Counted from the stretch's first letter, positions 36,440 through 50,734 are shown. The stretch is 64,000 nt of DNA from Mobula hypostoma (GCF_963921235.1 NC_086097.1:41170001-41234000); one strand, 5' to 3'. Numbers and translations: made by a program. Notes: generated from the sequence alone by a model not told the origin.

Positions 36440-37594
36440 CATTGGAACACATTGGAGTCGACAATGCTGTTATCTGCCTGCTGAACGGAGCTTACTCCCG
36501 TTTGGATAAGCAGGACAGCACTGTGAAGATCATGGTTTCTGATCTCTTGAGTGCCTTCCGTACCATACAGCCCTCATTGCTGGGGGAACAGCTCCATTCA
36601 AGGAAGATTGGCACTTGCATTGTATCCTGGATAATGGATTACCTGACTGGCAGACTGCAGTTAGTGTGGCTTCAGAGCTGTGTGCCAGACATGGCTATAA
36701 GTAGCACTGGGGCTCCCTTCCTGTTTACCCTGTATAAATCGGACCTTAGATACAGCACTGAGCCATATCATCTGCAGAAAGTCTCTGATGACTCAGCAAT
36801 AGTTAGGTGCATAAAGGTAGGGCAGGAAGATGAATACAGGGCCCTGGTGGAGAACTTCATCAAACAGTGTTAGACGAATCATCTTCAGCGCAACCTCAGT
36901 AAGCTAAAGGAGAAGGTGATGGACTTTAGGAAGACTAAGCCTGCATTGCTCCCTGTTACTATTGATGGTGATGACATGGATGTGGATGTAGTGAGGACCT
37001 ACAGGTACCTGGGGTACACCTGGATGACAGACGTGAGTAGAGTACCAACACAAGAAGGGCCAGAGTCACCTCTACTTCCTGAGGAGACTGAGGTCCTTTG
37101 GAGTATGCATGCCCCTCCCTCACATGTTCTAACGTCTGTTGTCACCAGTACAATCTTCTATGCGGTGGTGTGCTGGGGCAATGGCATCGACAAGGCTCAT
37201 TAAACTGATTAGAAAGACTGGTTCTGTTATAGGAGTCAGACTGGACACACTGGAGGCTGTGATAGAACAAAGGATCCTACAGGAAATCCTGGAAATTCTG
37301 GACAACGTTTCTCATCCTCTGCATGCCACCTTGGTTGAACAGAGATGCACTTTAAGTAATAGACTAAGATAACAGCGCAGCCCCAGAGCGCTATATGAGG
37401 TCATACTTACCCTCGGCCATTAGGCTTTATAATGAGTCAACCTGGAGCTGGGGAAGTGATGACCCCTATTAGACTGTTTAATTCTTTCTCACTTCTCTTC
37501 TAATATTTGTATATTTGTATTTCTGTGCACTTGTAATGCTACCGTGACACTATAATGTCCTTTAAGATCAATGAAGTATCTATCTATCTATCTA
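36440..37594 (+). mobile_element. Second Rex1/Babar-type LINE family, 5'-truncated
   Basis: HIGVDNA, DLLSAFRTIQP, PFLFTLY, KVSDDSAIV, FYAVVCWG, HPLH motifs; (TATC)n tail. Confidence 0.85.
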
Positions 37595-37671
37595 CAGCTC
37601 TTTCAGTTGCATGATACAGGAGTGATTCATTGTGTTGTGAAGTGGATAAGCAAAGCACTTTACTGACATAT

Positions 37672-38175
37672 AAAACATAGAACATAGAAATTCTACAGCA
37701 AATTCCAGGCCCTTCAGCCCACAATGCTCTATTTTAGTAAACTCCATGTACCTACCTAAGAATCTCTTAAAAGACCCTATTCTATCCTCCTCTACCACCT
37801 TCACTGGCAGTGCATTCCATGCAGCCATCACTTTCTGTGTGAAAGATTTACGTCTAACATCTCCTTTGTACCTACTTCCAAGCATCTTAAAACTATGCCC
37901 TTTCATGTTAGCCATTTCAGCCCTGGGAAAAAGCCTCTGGTTATCCACAGAGTTAATGCCTCTCATCATCTTATACACCTCTATCAGGTCATCTCTCATC
38001 TCCGTCGCTCCAAGGAGAAAAGGCCAAGTTCACTGAACCTATTCTTATAAGGCATAACCTATCCCAATCCGGGCAACAGTCTTATAAATCTCCTCTGCAC
38101 TCTCTCTATAGTACGAACATCCTTCCTGTAATGAGGTGACCAGAACAGAACACAGTACTCCAAGTGGGGTCTAAG
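37672..38175 (-). mobile_element. CR1 LINE 3' fragment
   Basis: MRDDLIEVYKMMRG, WNALP; (TTCTATG)n tail. Confidence 0.88.
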
Positions 38176-41039
38176 GTAATTGGTAATAAGGTTGTTCATT
38201 GAAAGTTCATTTTAAGAAAATGACCCTTTAGCAGGGCTCTTTGCCATGATTCGTTCTTGCCCATCAATATTTTATCTGTGTCACCAGCTACCAACCATTC
38301 CTGGGGCACTGGATTGGTTGCTGCTACTTCCAAGGGTTATAATACTGTCCATTTATTGACAAATAAAGCTGATCATTATGGCACATGGCCCATGAACAGA
38401 CCTTTGTGCACGCTTTATGTTTATTCTATGAACATGCCAGAATTTACTACTCATCAGATTGATATTTAACTCAAAGGGTGGGAAAATGACAAATGGCCAC
38501 TTATACCTGTAAAATTGCAGTGAAAGGTTGGCCAAAGTGCTCAGCATTCCACAAATTCTACTAGGAATCTTTCAACCGTGCAGCAAACAGAATTTTTAAC
38601 CATGATGAAGAGGTCAAGGCTTTCTTTCACTTGAAAGAGCTTCATAACTTACCAGTGGTTATGAGTGATGTCTCTTTCACAAGACGGAAGGAATAGCTAT
38701 AAATTACAATAACTAGAGAGTCGTATCTTTATTTGGCAGCTCTGTTAAGCCATCTTTTCTCTGACAGGACAAATAAGCATCAGCTATGGCCATTTCTGAA
38801 TTAAAGCAAGAGATAACTTTTTTTCCTTCATATTTGTTTAAATAAAGGAGCCAGAGGATTTACTGCACAGATAAAGGCCCTGGTTCTCACTGTTTAACAC
38901 ACTCCTCGCTCAGCACTTTTTATCCTCTTTCTGGTGTCTTTCTCTTCACTTTATTCTTTTATGTATTTTTTTTCCCAAAAAGATGTTTGTTAACTTAAAA
39001 ATAATGTTTGAATTCTCTATAGGTGAAGAAAGAACCTCTTGCAACGTTTTTCTTTATTCCCTTGGTAAAATCTTGTCTTTGAGGACCATTCAGAATTTTA
39101 ATCTCCAAGAACAAATGCTTCTGGGTTGAGTGAAAAGTAAAATTGGTAATAATTTTAAGTGTTACTGCATCTCACCTCTTGGTTTAATAGTGTTTGTTGG
39201 AGACAGATCCACATCATAAATGGTAATTTGAAAATGACTTCAAACTTGTTCACCACCACTTCTGATCAGGGTTTTACTACTTTAACTTTACTACTAAAAT
39301 TAAAGCAAAGTGTAAATGGCACTTGAAGGTTGTGTTAATGTTGTCTGTTTTCAAAAGCATTGTTCAGGGCTTCCAGCTGTTTTCTAATTTCCTTCTAGCA
39401 AGTGATGTGGAACGTACTGTAGTCAATATAAAAGATAAACATTGTGAAACTTGGAGGCCTTCAAATTAGAATGGAGTAATTGGGGTTGTTACTGGTGTTA
39501 ATCCTCAACAATAATGATCAGTTAGACACAGAGAGAATCTGTATTTTCTGACTAAATCTTTATTAGCTCAGATAACAAACACATGAATTTATAAAACTAT
39601 GCACACACCCAGTAGACTCCTTGACCTTTTATGAACAGTCAAAGGATAGAAAAGTTAATACCTGGGAAAAAGGAGACTTTGCCAGCCAGGTATTCCTCTT
39701 GATCCTAATATAATATCTTTGTTTCTGATGTGGGATCACCATCTGCGATGGATTGTCTCCTGAGAACTGACACTACCTGTACTCCAGAACTTCTCCGTTA
39801 TTATCAGATCCATCTGTTATCTTTCAATGTCATTGGCTCAAGCTCATCTGACTGACCTGTGTCAGCTTCTTATTAGATTTGGACCAAGGCTACAAGCAGC
39901 ATCCCTTCTGTCAAACTTGGACATCTTGTAATTTCCTTTCTTCTATCCAGGTCAGCCAAATCCTGGGCTCAGGCAACTTCTGATCACAGGCTGTTCCTTT
40001 TTCAAGCTTCCCATTTTTACATTACTGAATAAACAGCTTCTTATCTGGAAATGGTCTTGGGCTTAGGAGATCATCAGCCGAAAACTTATTGTATCCACAT
40101 TCAATTGCTCTGATTAAGCTGTCCCTGAGCAAGAAACAGTTCACAAAATGGTGGCTGAAAGAACAGTCTCACAAAATGGCAGCCCCCATTCCTGCAACCA
40201 CATGACAAGAACAAAACATTTACATTATCTGCTTCCACTGACCTTGCCTCATTCTTGTCCCTTATCTGCAGATTTTAGTTATTTCAGGCCTACAGGATGA
40301 ACAATAATGTTGGAGGTGGAGTGGGTGCAAGGTTAGGAATGGAAGATCATTAATGTGGAGCGTAAAGACCACCACCACCCACAGCAACTGTGGCCATTTC
40401 AGTAGGTGCAAAAGGAGGAGGTGTATGTGGCAGATCTCGAAGAAAGTGGTGGACAGAATACAGTGCAGAAGTGAAGGAAGGGACCCTTTCTCCTCATCCT
40501 TGGATTAGCATGGTATGTAATTGTGAGCTATTGCAGCCTCCATCAAAAAAACACCTTGCTTAACCTGCTTGAAGTATTGTCTATGGCTGTTCAGCTGACC
40601 GCTGCCATTCACTTCATTGCCTCATTGCTATTGATTCATTCCAGAGGCACTTTAGTGATGTCTCAGTCAATGCAATTCAATAAATGAGGAAAGTTGTAGG
40701 CAGGCACCAGCATGTGCCAACCTTCTCTGCATTGACAATGGCCAAAATGCACATCATGCTGGGATGACTTCCTGCAGCCCAGGGGTATAATCAGGAGAAC
40801 ATATTATTATAAAACAAGGGCAGATCAGCCAGATTTTACCCACTACAGGATTCTGTTCCATTATTGAGGATCCAGAAGTGTACCAGGTTTCCAGGGGACT
40901 TGGAGCATGAATGTCCATAGGGAACACTCAGAAACTGTGCCAAACAGTAAATCAGAACTGACTGAAGAAGAACTCCAAACTTTTTGATGAAGACCCTTGT
41001 GTAAACCTTTCATTTGGTAAGCTTTCTGCAAAAAGAGAG

Positions 41040-43735
41040 GAAATAAAAATACTGGGATAGTGTTCATGGTTTCATTGTCTATTCAGAAGGGAAGAAGCTG
41101 TTCCTGAAACATTGAGTGTGTCTCTTCAGGCTCCTGTACCACTTCCTTGATGGTAGCAATGAGAAGGAAGAGAGCATGTCCTGGCTGATGGGAGTCCTTA
41201 ATGATGGATGCCTCCTTTCAGAAGCATTGCCTTTTGAAGGAGTCCTTGATGCTGGGGAGGCTAGTGCCCATGGTGCAGCTGGCTGTGTTTACGACTTTCT
41301 GCAGCTTTTTCCAATCCTGTGCAGTGGCCCCTCCATTATGGTGATGAAAAGAGTTAGAAATCATAATACATCAATAGAAATTTTTGAGTATCTTTGACAT
41401 ATCAATTCTTCTCAAACTCCTAATGAAATATAGCTACTGTAGTGCCTTCGTTGTAATTGTATTAATATGTGGGGGCCAGAATAGATCACCCAGGAACTCA
41501 AAACTGATCACCCTTTCTACTTCTGATCCCTCGCTGAGGACTGGTGTGCATTTCTTCAATTTCCCCTTCCTGAAATTCACAATCAATCCCTTGGTCTTGC
41601 TGACATTGAGTGCAAGGTTATTGCTGCGACACCAGTCAAGCAACTGATCTGTCTCACTCATGTACACCTTCTTGTTGCTGTCTGAAATTCTGCCAACAAA
41701 AGTTGTGTCTTGGCAAATTTATAGATGTCATTTGAGCTGTACCGATCCACACAATTGTGGGTGTAGAGCGAGTAGAGCAGTAGGCTAAGCACACATCCTT
41801 GAGGTATGACAATATTGACTGTCAGTGAGGAGGCGGTCTTATTTCCAATCCGCACTGACTGTGGTCTTCCAGTGAGGAAATTAAGGATCCAGTTGCAAAG
41901 GGAAATGGAGATTCCTCGGGGTTTTGGAGCTTGTTTATTGGAACTGAGGGTATGATTGTGTTGAATGCTAAGCTCGTCAATAAACAGCAGTCTATCGGAT
42001 ATTACTATTGTCCCGCTGGCCCAAGCTGAGTGGAGAGCCAGTGCAGTGGCTCTAGGTCCTTGCTTCGGTAGGTGTTTATTCTGGCTATGACCAACCTCTC
42101 CAAGCTCTTCATTACAGTAAATGTGAGTGCCACTGGGAAATAGTCATTGAAGCAACTCACCCTGCTCTTCATGGGCGCTCTAATGACTGTCCCCTTTTGG
42201 AAGCTGGTAGGAACCTGTGACTGAACCAGTGAGAGATTGAAGATGTCCTTGAACAGTCCTGCTAGCTGGTTGGCACAGGTTTTCTGAGCCCAACTAGGTA
42301 CACCATTAGGCCCTGACGCATAGCCAGGGTTCACCCTCTTGAAAGCTGTTTTGTCGTTAGCCTCCAAGACAGAGATCACAAGGTCACCAGATGCTGCAGG
42401 GATTCTAGTTTTCTTCTCCCTTTCAAAGCGTGTATAAAAGGCTTTGAGTTCATCTGGGAGTGAAGTATCATGATGTTAGGTTTCTCTTTGTAGGAAATAA
42501 TGTCCCGCAAATCCTGTCAGAGTTGATGTACATCTGTCTCCATCTCTAACCTCCATTGGAATTAAATTTCACCCTTAAAATAGACTTCCATAGGTTGTGC
42601 CTAGACTTTCTGTATAGTTCTGGATCACCGGTCTTGAATGCCTCAGATCTAGCCCTAAGCACACTACTAGTTTCCTGGTTCATCGACGGTTTGCGTATGT
42701 TGGGTACATTTTCAAAGGCACAGACTCATCCACACATCTTGATGAAGTTAGTGACAACTGTGGCATATTCATTCAGATTCTGAGATGAATCCTTAAATAT
42801 TGTCGGATCCACCAACTCAAAGCAGTCCTGTAAGCACACCTCACCTCCACCTCCCTTGACCATACCTTTTAGTCCTCACCATTGGTGCTGCGATCTTTAG
42901 TCTCTGCCTATGCCTGGGAGTTGAAGTAGAAGAGTGGGGTGGGATTGCACAGTAAGCACTCTTGACGGTGGTATGACAGTGATCTAGTGTGTTGGCTCCG
43001 CTGGTTCCCCAGGTGATATGTTGGTGGTGGCCTGGTTGAAATCTACTGCAACGTTAAGGGAGGCATCAGGGTGCACTGTTTTCTGCCTGCTGATTATGTT
43101 GCTGAGTCCCTCCAGTGCCTATCTGTTGATGGCCTAAGGTGGAATGTGCATCGCTACCAGGATGATGGCAGAAAACTCCCTTGGCGGATAAAATAAATGA
43201 CATTTGACTGCTGGATGTTTCATGATGAGTTAATTATAAAACATAATCCACCTTGTATGCTTTTAAAAGGCTGAGCTGTTCTACCTTTGCCAAGAAAAGT
43301 AAAGCCATTGGGCTGCATTGCTGCATTCAAAATTGCTGGTGTGAGCCAGGTTTTTGTAAAGCAGAGTATGGAGCTATTCTTGATGTCTCTCTGGTACAAC
43401 AATCCTGCATTGAGATTTGTAGTCTTATTTTCCCGAGCGTGTACGTTCGTCAGCAACATGGTCTAAAGCTTCTGTGTTTGTATCATTTTTGTAGAATACT
43501 GTGGTGTCCCTACTCCAGTTCTCATAAAGGGTACTGCCCTCGCAAGTTGAGTCTGCTGTCTGTGGTTTGTTGATTTTGAGTATCAATAGATTTTTTAATC
43601 ATTTTAAAATGATGTTGCTTTCTGAAATACCTATGGCTGTGACTGGATTTCAGCTGTAGTAGTCCGAAATGGGAATATTTGATGATTCCCATTGGAACTG
43701 CACATAAAATGTCATCACTTACTGGCGCCATCTTA
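41040..43735 (-). mobile_element. Near-full-length, heavily decayed Rex1/Babar-type LINE
   Basis: Minus strand: AAGATGGCGCC at the 5' end, APE motifs (LCFTKTWL, TLDHC), [23 protein letters not shown], through to the C-terminus. Confidence 0.85.
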
Positions 43736-43737
43736 AT

Positions 43738-43880
43738 GGAGGTCAACCTCTGACATCCTTCCTATACTTCCTCCAATCACCTTGAAATTATGCCCTTGGA
43801 AAATGTTTCTGACTGTCCACCCTGTACCTCTTATCATCTCATGCATCTTTATCAAGTCACCTCTCATCCTCCTTGAATCT
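43738..43880 (-). mobile_element. CR1 small fragment
   Basis: RRMRGDLIK...GHNFKVIG on the minus strand. Confidence 0.6.
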
Positions 43881-44214
43881 GATGAGATTCCTGCCCTGGA
43901 ATCTTTTGTCCAAGATCTAGACTCTGACAGTACCTGCATTTGTGGAAGGGCAGAATGAACTGTCAAGAGATGAGACTGCACACTTGCTCAAGATGAGGGT
44001 TGGCTGGTAGAAACAGAATAAGAAACAGGAGCACTTCTGAGTGACTCAGTCCAACAACCACCCCTCCCCAACACCACCACCACCACTACTGGCTGTCCAC
44101 CCAGGTAATCAAAACCATCTCTGTATTAACAGTGAAGTTTCTTTGCCATTGAGAAACTATTAAAAGAAATAAGAAAAAATGTTTGTATATTTGTATATCT
44201 GTGCACTTGTAATG

Positions 44215-47200
44215 GGGTGTATGGGGTGTTTTGGTCCTGACTAAATATCAGGCAATGCCAATAGTGATTACATAGCTTCAACCACCCAAGGCAACTCCGC
44301 CTTCACGTAGGACTTAGGTCCGGGTGCACCATCTCGCTGAAGGAGCTCTGACTAGGGCGAATGTTTGGCGCCAGATAAATAACCAGACTGATGGTGGTGG
44401 TGTCACCTAAAATCACTGACGTCTCCGGCAGCAGGGAGAAGGATTCCAAGCTTTGGTGGAGGGTTGACCTTGAACAACAACAGCAAAGGTTGGGCGACGT
44501 CTAGTGTATGATTCCCATTTGGGAACACCAGTAGAGGTCAAATGCTCTAGTTAGATGAGCACTGCGGCAACAGAAGACAACGGCAAACCACTGTTGAAAT
44601 TTCTGCCTAGTCAATCATGGAAAGAAACTAAAGAAGGAAACCAGACAGCACCATGAATGGGGTTGACTCTAATCAACAGAAGAACACCTCGCTCGGCAGG
44701 GGTAGTCATGTGCTGCAGGTGACACCAGACTGTCATCCAGAGACTGTAAGCAATAGGGAAAGGCTAAGGATAGCAACATGAGACATCCGTACACTTTACC
44801 AGAAAGGAAAGTTGGGCAACACATTAAATGAAATGAAAAGGTTGGAAGTTGATGTATTAGGTCTATCAGAAATTAGATGGACCGACAGTGGCAAATTCAC
44901 TAAGAATAGTTCTCTGATAATGTGTTCTGGAGGTCAACAGCATATGTATGGAGTTGGAATTATTTTAAACAAACAAGTATCAAAATGTCTTATGGGATAT
45001 TGGGTGATATCTGACCGGCTGCTTTTGGTTAAATTAAGGGGTAACCCTTTTAACATTAGCACAATCCAAGCCTATGCGCCAACAAATGATGCGGATGAAG
45101 AGGATATCAACAAGTTTTATGAAGATCTCAACAGTGCTTATGAGCAATGTAAATCTCAGGAAGTAAAACTAGTCATGGGAGATTTTAATTCCAAAGTTGG
45201 ACAGGAAAGGGTTGATAACATCATAGGACCTTTTGGATGAGGGGAGAAAAATGAAAATGGAGAAGGGTTTACTGATTGCTGTGTCAGAAGCAACAAAGTG
45301 ATCACCAATACTTGGTATAAAAACCATCCATATAGATTGTGTTCTTGGATTAGCCCTGGAGATAGAACAAGGAATCAAATAGATTTCATTACCATCAATG
45401 AACGCTTTCGAAATAATATCACAAATTCTAAAGCCTACCCAGGAGCAGACTGTGGTTCAGATCACCATCCAGTAATAGCTACTATCAAAACAAAATTAAA
45501 GAAATGGAAACACGGAAAAAAGAAAGAAGTATATGTTGGGAGAGCTTAAAAATAATAGCATACTTAAGCAACAATTCAAAACAGCTGTAGAAGAACACCT
45601 CAACGAAAACGAAACAACACTTATTTGGAACAGATTTAAATATACTATGCAGCAATCAGCAAAGGAGATAATCCCAGTACAAGAAATCCAACACACCAGC
45701 AAGGGGTGGATAACCCAAGAAATTCTAGATCTGATGGAACAAAGAAGGTTAGTGAAGAATAATGAAGTGCAATACAGAGAACTAGACAGACAGACCAGAC
45801 AATTGTGCAATATTACAAAGGAAGAATGGCTGAATCAAAAATACAATGAAGTAGAAGGCCATATTAACAACAGCAAAGAAATGCACAAGAAAATTAATGA
45901 AATTACTGGAATTAAGAAAAGCTCCTCTACAGGATGCATAAGATCAGCAGACAGATACGTACTAAGAGATCCAGATAAAGTATGTGAGAGATGGATTCAG
46001 TATATAGAGCAGCTTTTTGAAGATAATAGAGGTAAACCCTCAGATATTAAACACCCTAATTCTGGCCCACCTATTACCAAAGAAGAAATAACTAAAGCAA
46101 TGCAAAACATGAAACATGGTAAAGCCACTGGACCTGATGGAATTTCAGTGGAAATGATACAAGCCCTAGAAGATCTAGGCATAGATATTCTCCCTGAACT
46201 GTTTAATGGCATGTATGAGTCTGGTGTATTGTCTGCCGATCTCTTGAAATCAGTATTTATAACTCTGCCAAAAATTCCTGGAATGATTGACTGTGAAAAT
46301 TATAGAACAATCAGTCTTATGAGTTACATAATAAAGATTTTGTTGAGAATTGTTCTGAATCAAATTAAAAACAAATTAACGCCAGAAACTTTTAAACTGC
46401 AATATGGGTTTATTGAGGATAGAAGGAACTAGAAACACAATTTTCATACTACGAATGCTTTCAGAAAGGGCAACTGAATATCAAAATAATGTCTTTTTAT
46501 GTTTTATTGATTTCACTAAAGCATTCGACAAAGTGCAGCATGAAAAATTATTTCAAATTCTCGCTAAACTAAACATTGACGGAAAGGACCAACAACTGCT
46601 TCAAAATTTATATTGGAACCAAACGGCAGCGGTAAAAATTGATGATAATATAAGCAGTTGGACTAAAATTCAGAGAGGAGTTAGACAGGGATGTGTTGCC
46701 TCACCGGAATTATTTAATATCTATAGTGAAATGATTCTCAGAGAAATAGAAGACCTAGATGGGATAAAAAATTGGAGGTGTTAACATCAACAATATAAGA
46801 TATGCAGATGATACCACCCTAATAGCAAATGCTGCAGAAGACCTACAAATCCTCCTGGATAATGTAGTACAAACAAGTGCAGATTTTGGTCTAACCATCA
46901 ACTGCTTAAAAAAAAAACAAATGTATGGTGATATCAAAACAGCAGTATACTCCCAATTGGGAGTTGTACACTGGTAACCAAAAGATTGAACAGCTATAAT
47001 TACCTTGGTAGCTTTATATCGCAAGATGCTAGAAGTAAAGTAGAAATAAAAAGAAGAATCACCATTGCCAAAGCTAACTTCCAAAAAATGAAACCCATTT
47101 TTATCAACAGACACATTTCTATGACAACAAGGCTTAGGCTACTAAAATGTTACATCTGGTCAATCTTGCTGTGTGCTTCCGAAACATGGACTATAACACC

Positions 47201-47580
47201 AGAACTCCAAAGAAACTTAGAAGCAACAGGAATGTGGTTTCTTAGAAGAATGCTGAAAATATCCTATAGAGATGGGTAACTAATGAGACAGTACTCAAAT
47301 GTGCCCATACAAAAAGATCTTTAATGAGAATATTAAATGAGAGGAAACTTAATTTCCTGGGCCATGTCATCAGAAAGGGAGAAATAGAATGCCTTACATT
47401 ACAAGGCCATATGCCTGGGAAACGTGGAAGAGGAAGGCAAAGAAGAAAATATATGGACACTGTGAAAGAACTCACAAATCTAAATGTACGAGAGATCATT
47501 GAGGCTGTGAGGGATCATTCGATATGGAGGGCCATGATCGCCCAAGCGTGTAGCACGCAAGCAACATGAAGAAGAAGAAA
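44215..47580 (+). mobile_element. Apparently full-length RTE-clade LINE, disabled
   Basis: 11-bp TSD CACTTGTAATG (44204-44214, 47581-47591); ~440-nt leader with GGCAAACCAC motif; APE (GLSEIRW, QAYAPT, GDFN, NQIDFI, SDH); RT (DFTKAFDKV, GVRQGC, YADD); (GAA)n tail. Confidence 0.95.
44653..47569 (+). pseudogene. RTE endonuclease-reverse transcriptase ORF, broken by stops and frameshifts
   Basis: ORF pieces 44812-45240, 45298-45549, 45533-46432, 46404-46784, 46986-47279 and 47324-47569 are colinear parts of one RTE protein; probable ATG at 44653. Confidence 0.88.
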
Positions 47581-48689
47581 CACTTGTAATGCTACTGTGA
47601 CACTATAATTTCCATTTGGATCAATAATCTATCTACCTATGTATAATTGTGATCCTGGTGCAAATGCCCCTGACACCACGCTTAAGCAGCAGCCAGCAGC
47701 TTCATAGGAGGAGGAGTTGGAGAAGTATGTAAGGGAGTTGCCAGAGATTATAAATGCAGATTACTGCAGCCACAGGGCATTTAAAATTTTGAGAGTAACC
47801 TAGAACAAAACTATTTAGAATAGTTTGTGAATATTTCTTTGAAGTTTAATGAGCAATGCTTAAAATGCTTGGAAAGTGTCTGAATAATGTGGTAAATGAT
47901 GAAGGTGAACTAACAACTGATACTAAATCAAAGCCAATTTGATGTGGATTTAAGCAATAAGTTATAATTCTGGAAATTCCAGCTTATAACCTATAATATT
48001 CGAGCTGGCCTATGACGACTTTGTTACAGATAGAGTTGTCTTGTTTAGTTTGTACAATTTTAAAGAGTTCCTCTTGTAAATTTAGCTGTTGAGTGATCTT
48101 TTGATTTGTAATGCTCGACAGAGTACTTCATAACCTTTGTTTGCCATGACCTTAAAAATAGGAAAATTGATGCTTTATGTCACCGGAGATAAGATGCTGA
48201 TTTTAATTTAGTATTGGCCCAAGCATTGTCTGCCAGATAGACTTGCTCATTACTGTAAGGTGAACAATGTTTATCCAAGCCAAACTCTGTTTCAATATTA
48301 AGCCCTGAGCAACAGAGAACTGGTAATTGAAAATTCTGAGCTGAAAGTATGGTAGCGCAGATGCTGGATGTGCCTAGCTGTTCATTCCTCAAGCTGTCTT
48401 AAAACCCAGGGGTACAAGCAGATGCTTACATTAGCCTGCCCTGTGGAGCCAATAATATTTGGCTACAGAATCCTGTCACTACTCCTAGTCACCACGTGGA
48501 TCATGTCATGGGTTTCCAGAATACAGAGCACCGGGAAGATCATCACTTCACATCCAGTCTACTTAGGTGTAGGCAAGAGAGGTTTCCAAGCCACAGACAC
48601 TTTACACAAAAACCTGACTCAATCTCTGTTTTAGCTCTTTGCAGGTTCAAGGATGTGATAGGTTGCCTATACTAACAGGTATAGGTTAT

Positions 48690-50075
48690 ATAACCATATA
48701 ACCATATAACAATTACAGCACAGAAGCAGGCCATCTTGGCCCTTCTAGTCCGTGCCGAGCGCTTACTCTCACCTAGTCCCACTGAGCCCATAACCCTCCA
48801 TTCCTTTCCGGTCCATATAGCTATCCAATTTAACTTTAAATGACAACATCGAACTTGCCTCAACCACTTCTGCTGGAAGCTCGTTCCACACAGCCACCAC
48901 TCACTGAGTAAAGAAGTTCCCCCTCATGTTACCCCTAAACTTTTGCCCTTTAACTCTCAACTCATGTCATCTTGTTTGAATCTCCCCCACTCTCAATGGA
49001 AAAAGCCTATCCACGTCAACTCTATCTATCCCCCTCATAATTTTAAATACCTCTATCAAGTCCCCCCTCAACCTTCTACACTCCAAAGAATAAAGACATA
49101 ACTTGTTCAACCTTTCTCTGTAACTTAGGAGATGAAACCCAGGCAACATTTTAGTAAATCTCCTCTGTACTCTCTCAATTTTATTGACATCTTTCCTCTA
49201 ATTCGGTGACCAGAACTGTACACAATACTCTAAATTTGGCCTCACCAATGCCTTATACAATTTCAATATTACATCCCAACTTCTATACTGAATGCTCTGA
49301 TTTATAAAGGCCAGCATACCAAAAGCTTTCTTCACCACCCTATCCACATGAGATTCCACCTTCATGGAACTATGCACCATTATTCCTAGATCCCTCTATT
49401 CTACTGCATTCTTCAATGCCCTACCATTTACCATGTATGTCCTATTTTGATTAGACCTACCAAAATGTAGCACCTCACATTTATCAGCATTAAACTCCAT
49501 CTGCCATCTTTCAGCCCACTCTTCTAAGTGGTCTAAATCTCTCTGCAAACTTTGAAAACCTACTTCATAATCCACAACTCCACCTTTCTTAGTATATCTG
49601 CATACTTACTAATCGAATTAACCACCCTATCATCCAGATCATAAATATATATGACAAACAACACTGGACCCAGTACAGATCCATGAGGCACACCACTACA
49701 CACCGTCCTCCAATCTGACACACAGTTATCCACCACTGCTCTCTGGTGTCTCCCATCCAGCCACTGCTGAATCCATTTTACTACTTTGATATTAATGCCT
49801 AATGATTGAACCTTCCTAATTAACCTTCCGTGTGGAACCTTGTCCAAGGCCTTACTGAAGTCCATATAGACAACATCCACCACTTTACCCTCGTCAACTT
49901 TCCTAGTAACCTCATCAAAAAATTCAATAAGATTTGTCAAACGTGACCTTCCACGCACAAATCCATGTTGACTGTTCCCAATCAGACCCTGTCTATCCAG
50001 ATAATTATATATACCATCTCTAAGAATACTTTCCATCAATTTACCCACCACTGACGTCAAACTCACAGGCTGATA
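48690..50075 (-). mobile_element. CR1 LINE 3' portion (distinct subfamily)
   Basis: PVSLTSVVGK, MDFSKALDKVPH, GVPHGSVLGP, SKYAD, RPNLEYCVQFWSP; (TTATATGG)n tail. Confidence 0.92.
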
Positions 50076-50734
50076 ATGTATGTATGAGTACATATATACA
50101 TGATATGTATATACATACATGAGTTACATACTCTTTATTACTTATGTAATATAAAAGAAACAGTACATACATTAACTTCTTTAAACTCTCATTTAGCAGC
50201 AATTCCATGAAACATTGGCCATGATTTCAGAAGCAGTAGTTTAAAACATTTAAATATTAATACTTATGTAAAAGACAAATGCATAATTTTATGGTCCCAT
50301 ACAGTTTCCCAATCTTCCCCTCCTTTTTACTTTCTCATTTGAATGTGTCTGTATGTTTCTTTTTTAGATAGAATATTGGAACAACTTTCCATTTCATTAT
50401 TTAGTGTTCTCTTATTTTCTTGGAGTTTTGGGATTTTGAATGAGTTATAAACCTGTATATATGTTTTTTTTTTAATTTCCTGGCAATGAAATGTGCAAAC
50501 TGTGAAAGCCATAGGTCATTTTTGGCATATTTTAAATGGGCTGTTGGCAGTGCATAAATACTCTGTGGCCTAGTCTCAGGCAGCCATCAATTCACTGTTT
50601 AATACCGAATGCAAAACGCTTTAAATGACCTTGGCAATATTGTAGATAAGGAAGGAAATTAAGGAAGAGTGAACTTTTTTGTGACATCTCCCCCAGCTTA
50701 TTATGTTGGATTCCTCTTCTTCACTGATGAATGT

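Noticed and set aside
39487..40207. LTR-like segment (TG start, minus-strand AATAAA, duplicated CACAAAATGG)
   Set aside because: No matching TSD or clear inverted termini found; may be an old solo LTR, but the boundaries are unsupported
44292..44302. CAACTCCGCC resembling the start of a twister ribozyme
   Set aside because: Downstream twister elements (CCGGUCCCAAGCCC-like loop, closing GGAG strand) are not found at suitable spacing
50075..50135. ORF start MYVYTYHVYMYSY fused to CR1 RT
   Set aside because: TA/CATA low-complexity tract adjoining the CR1 truncation point
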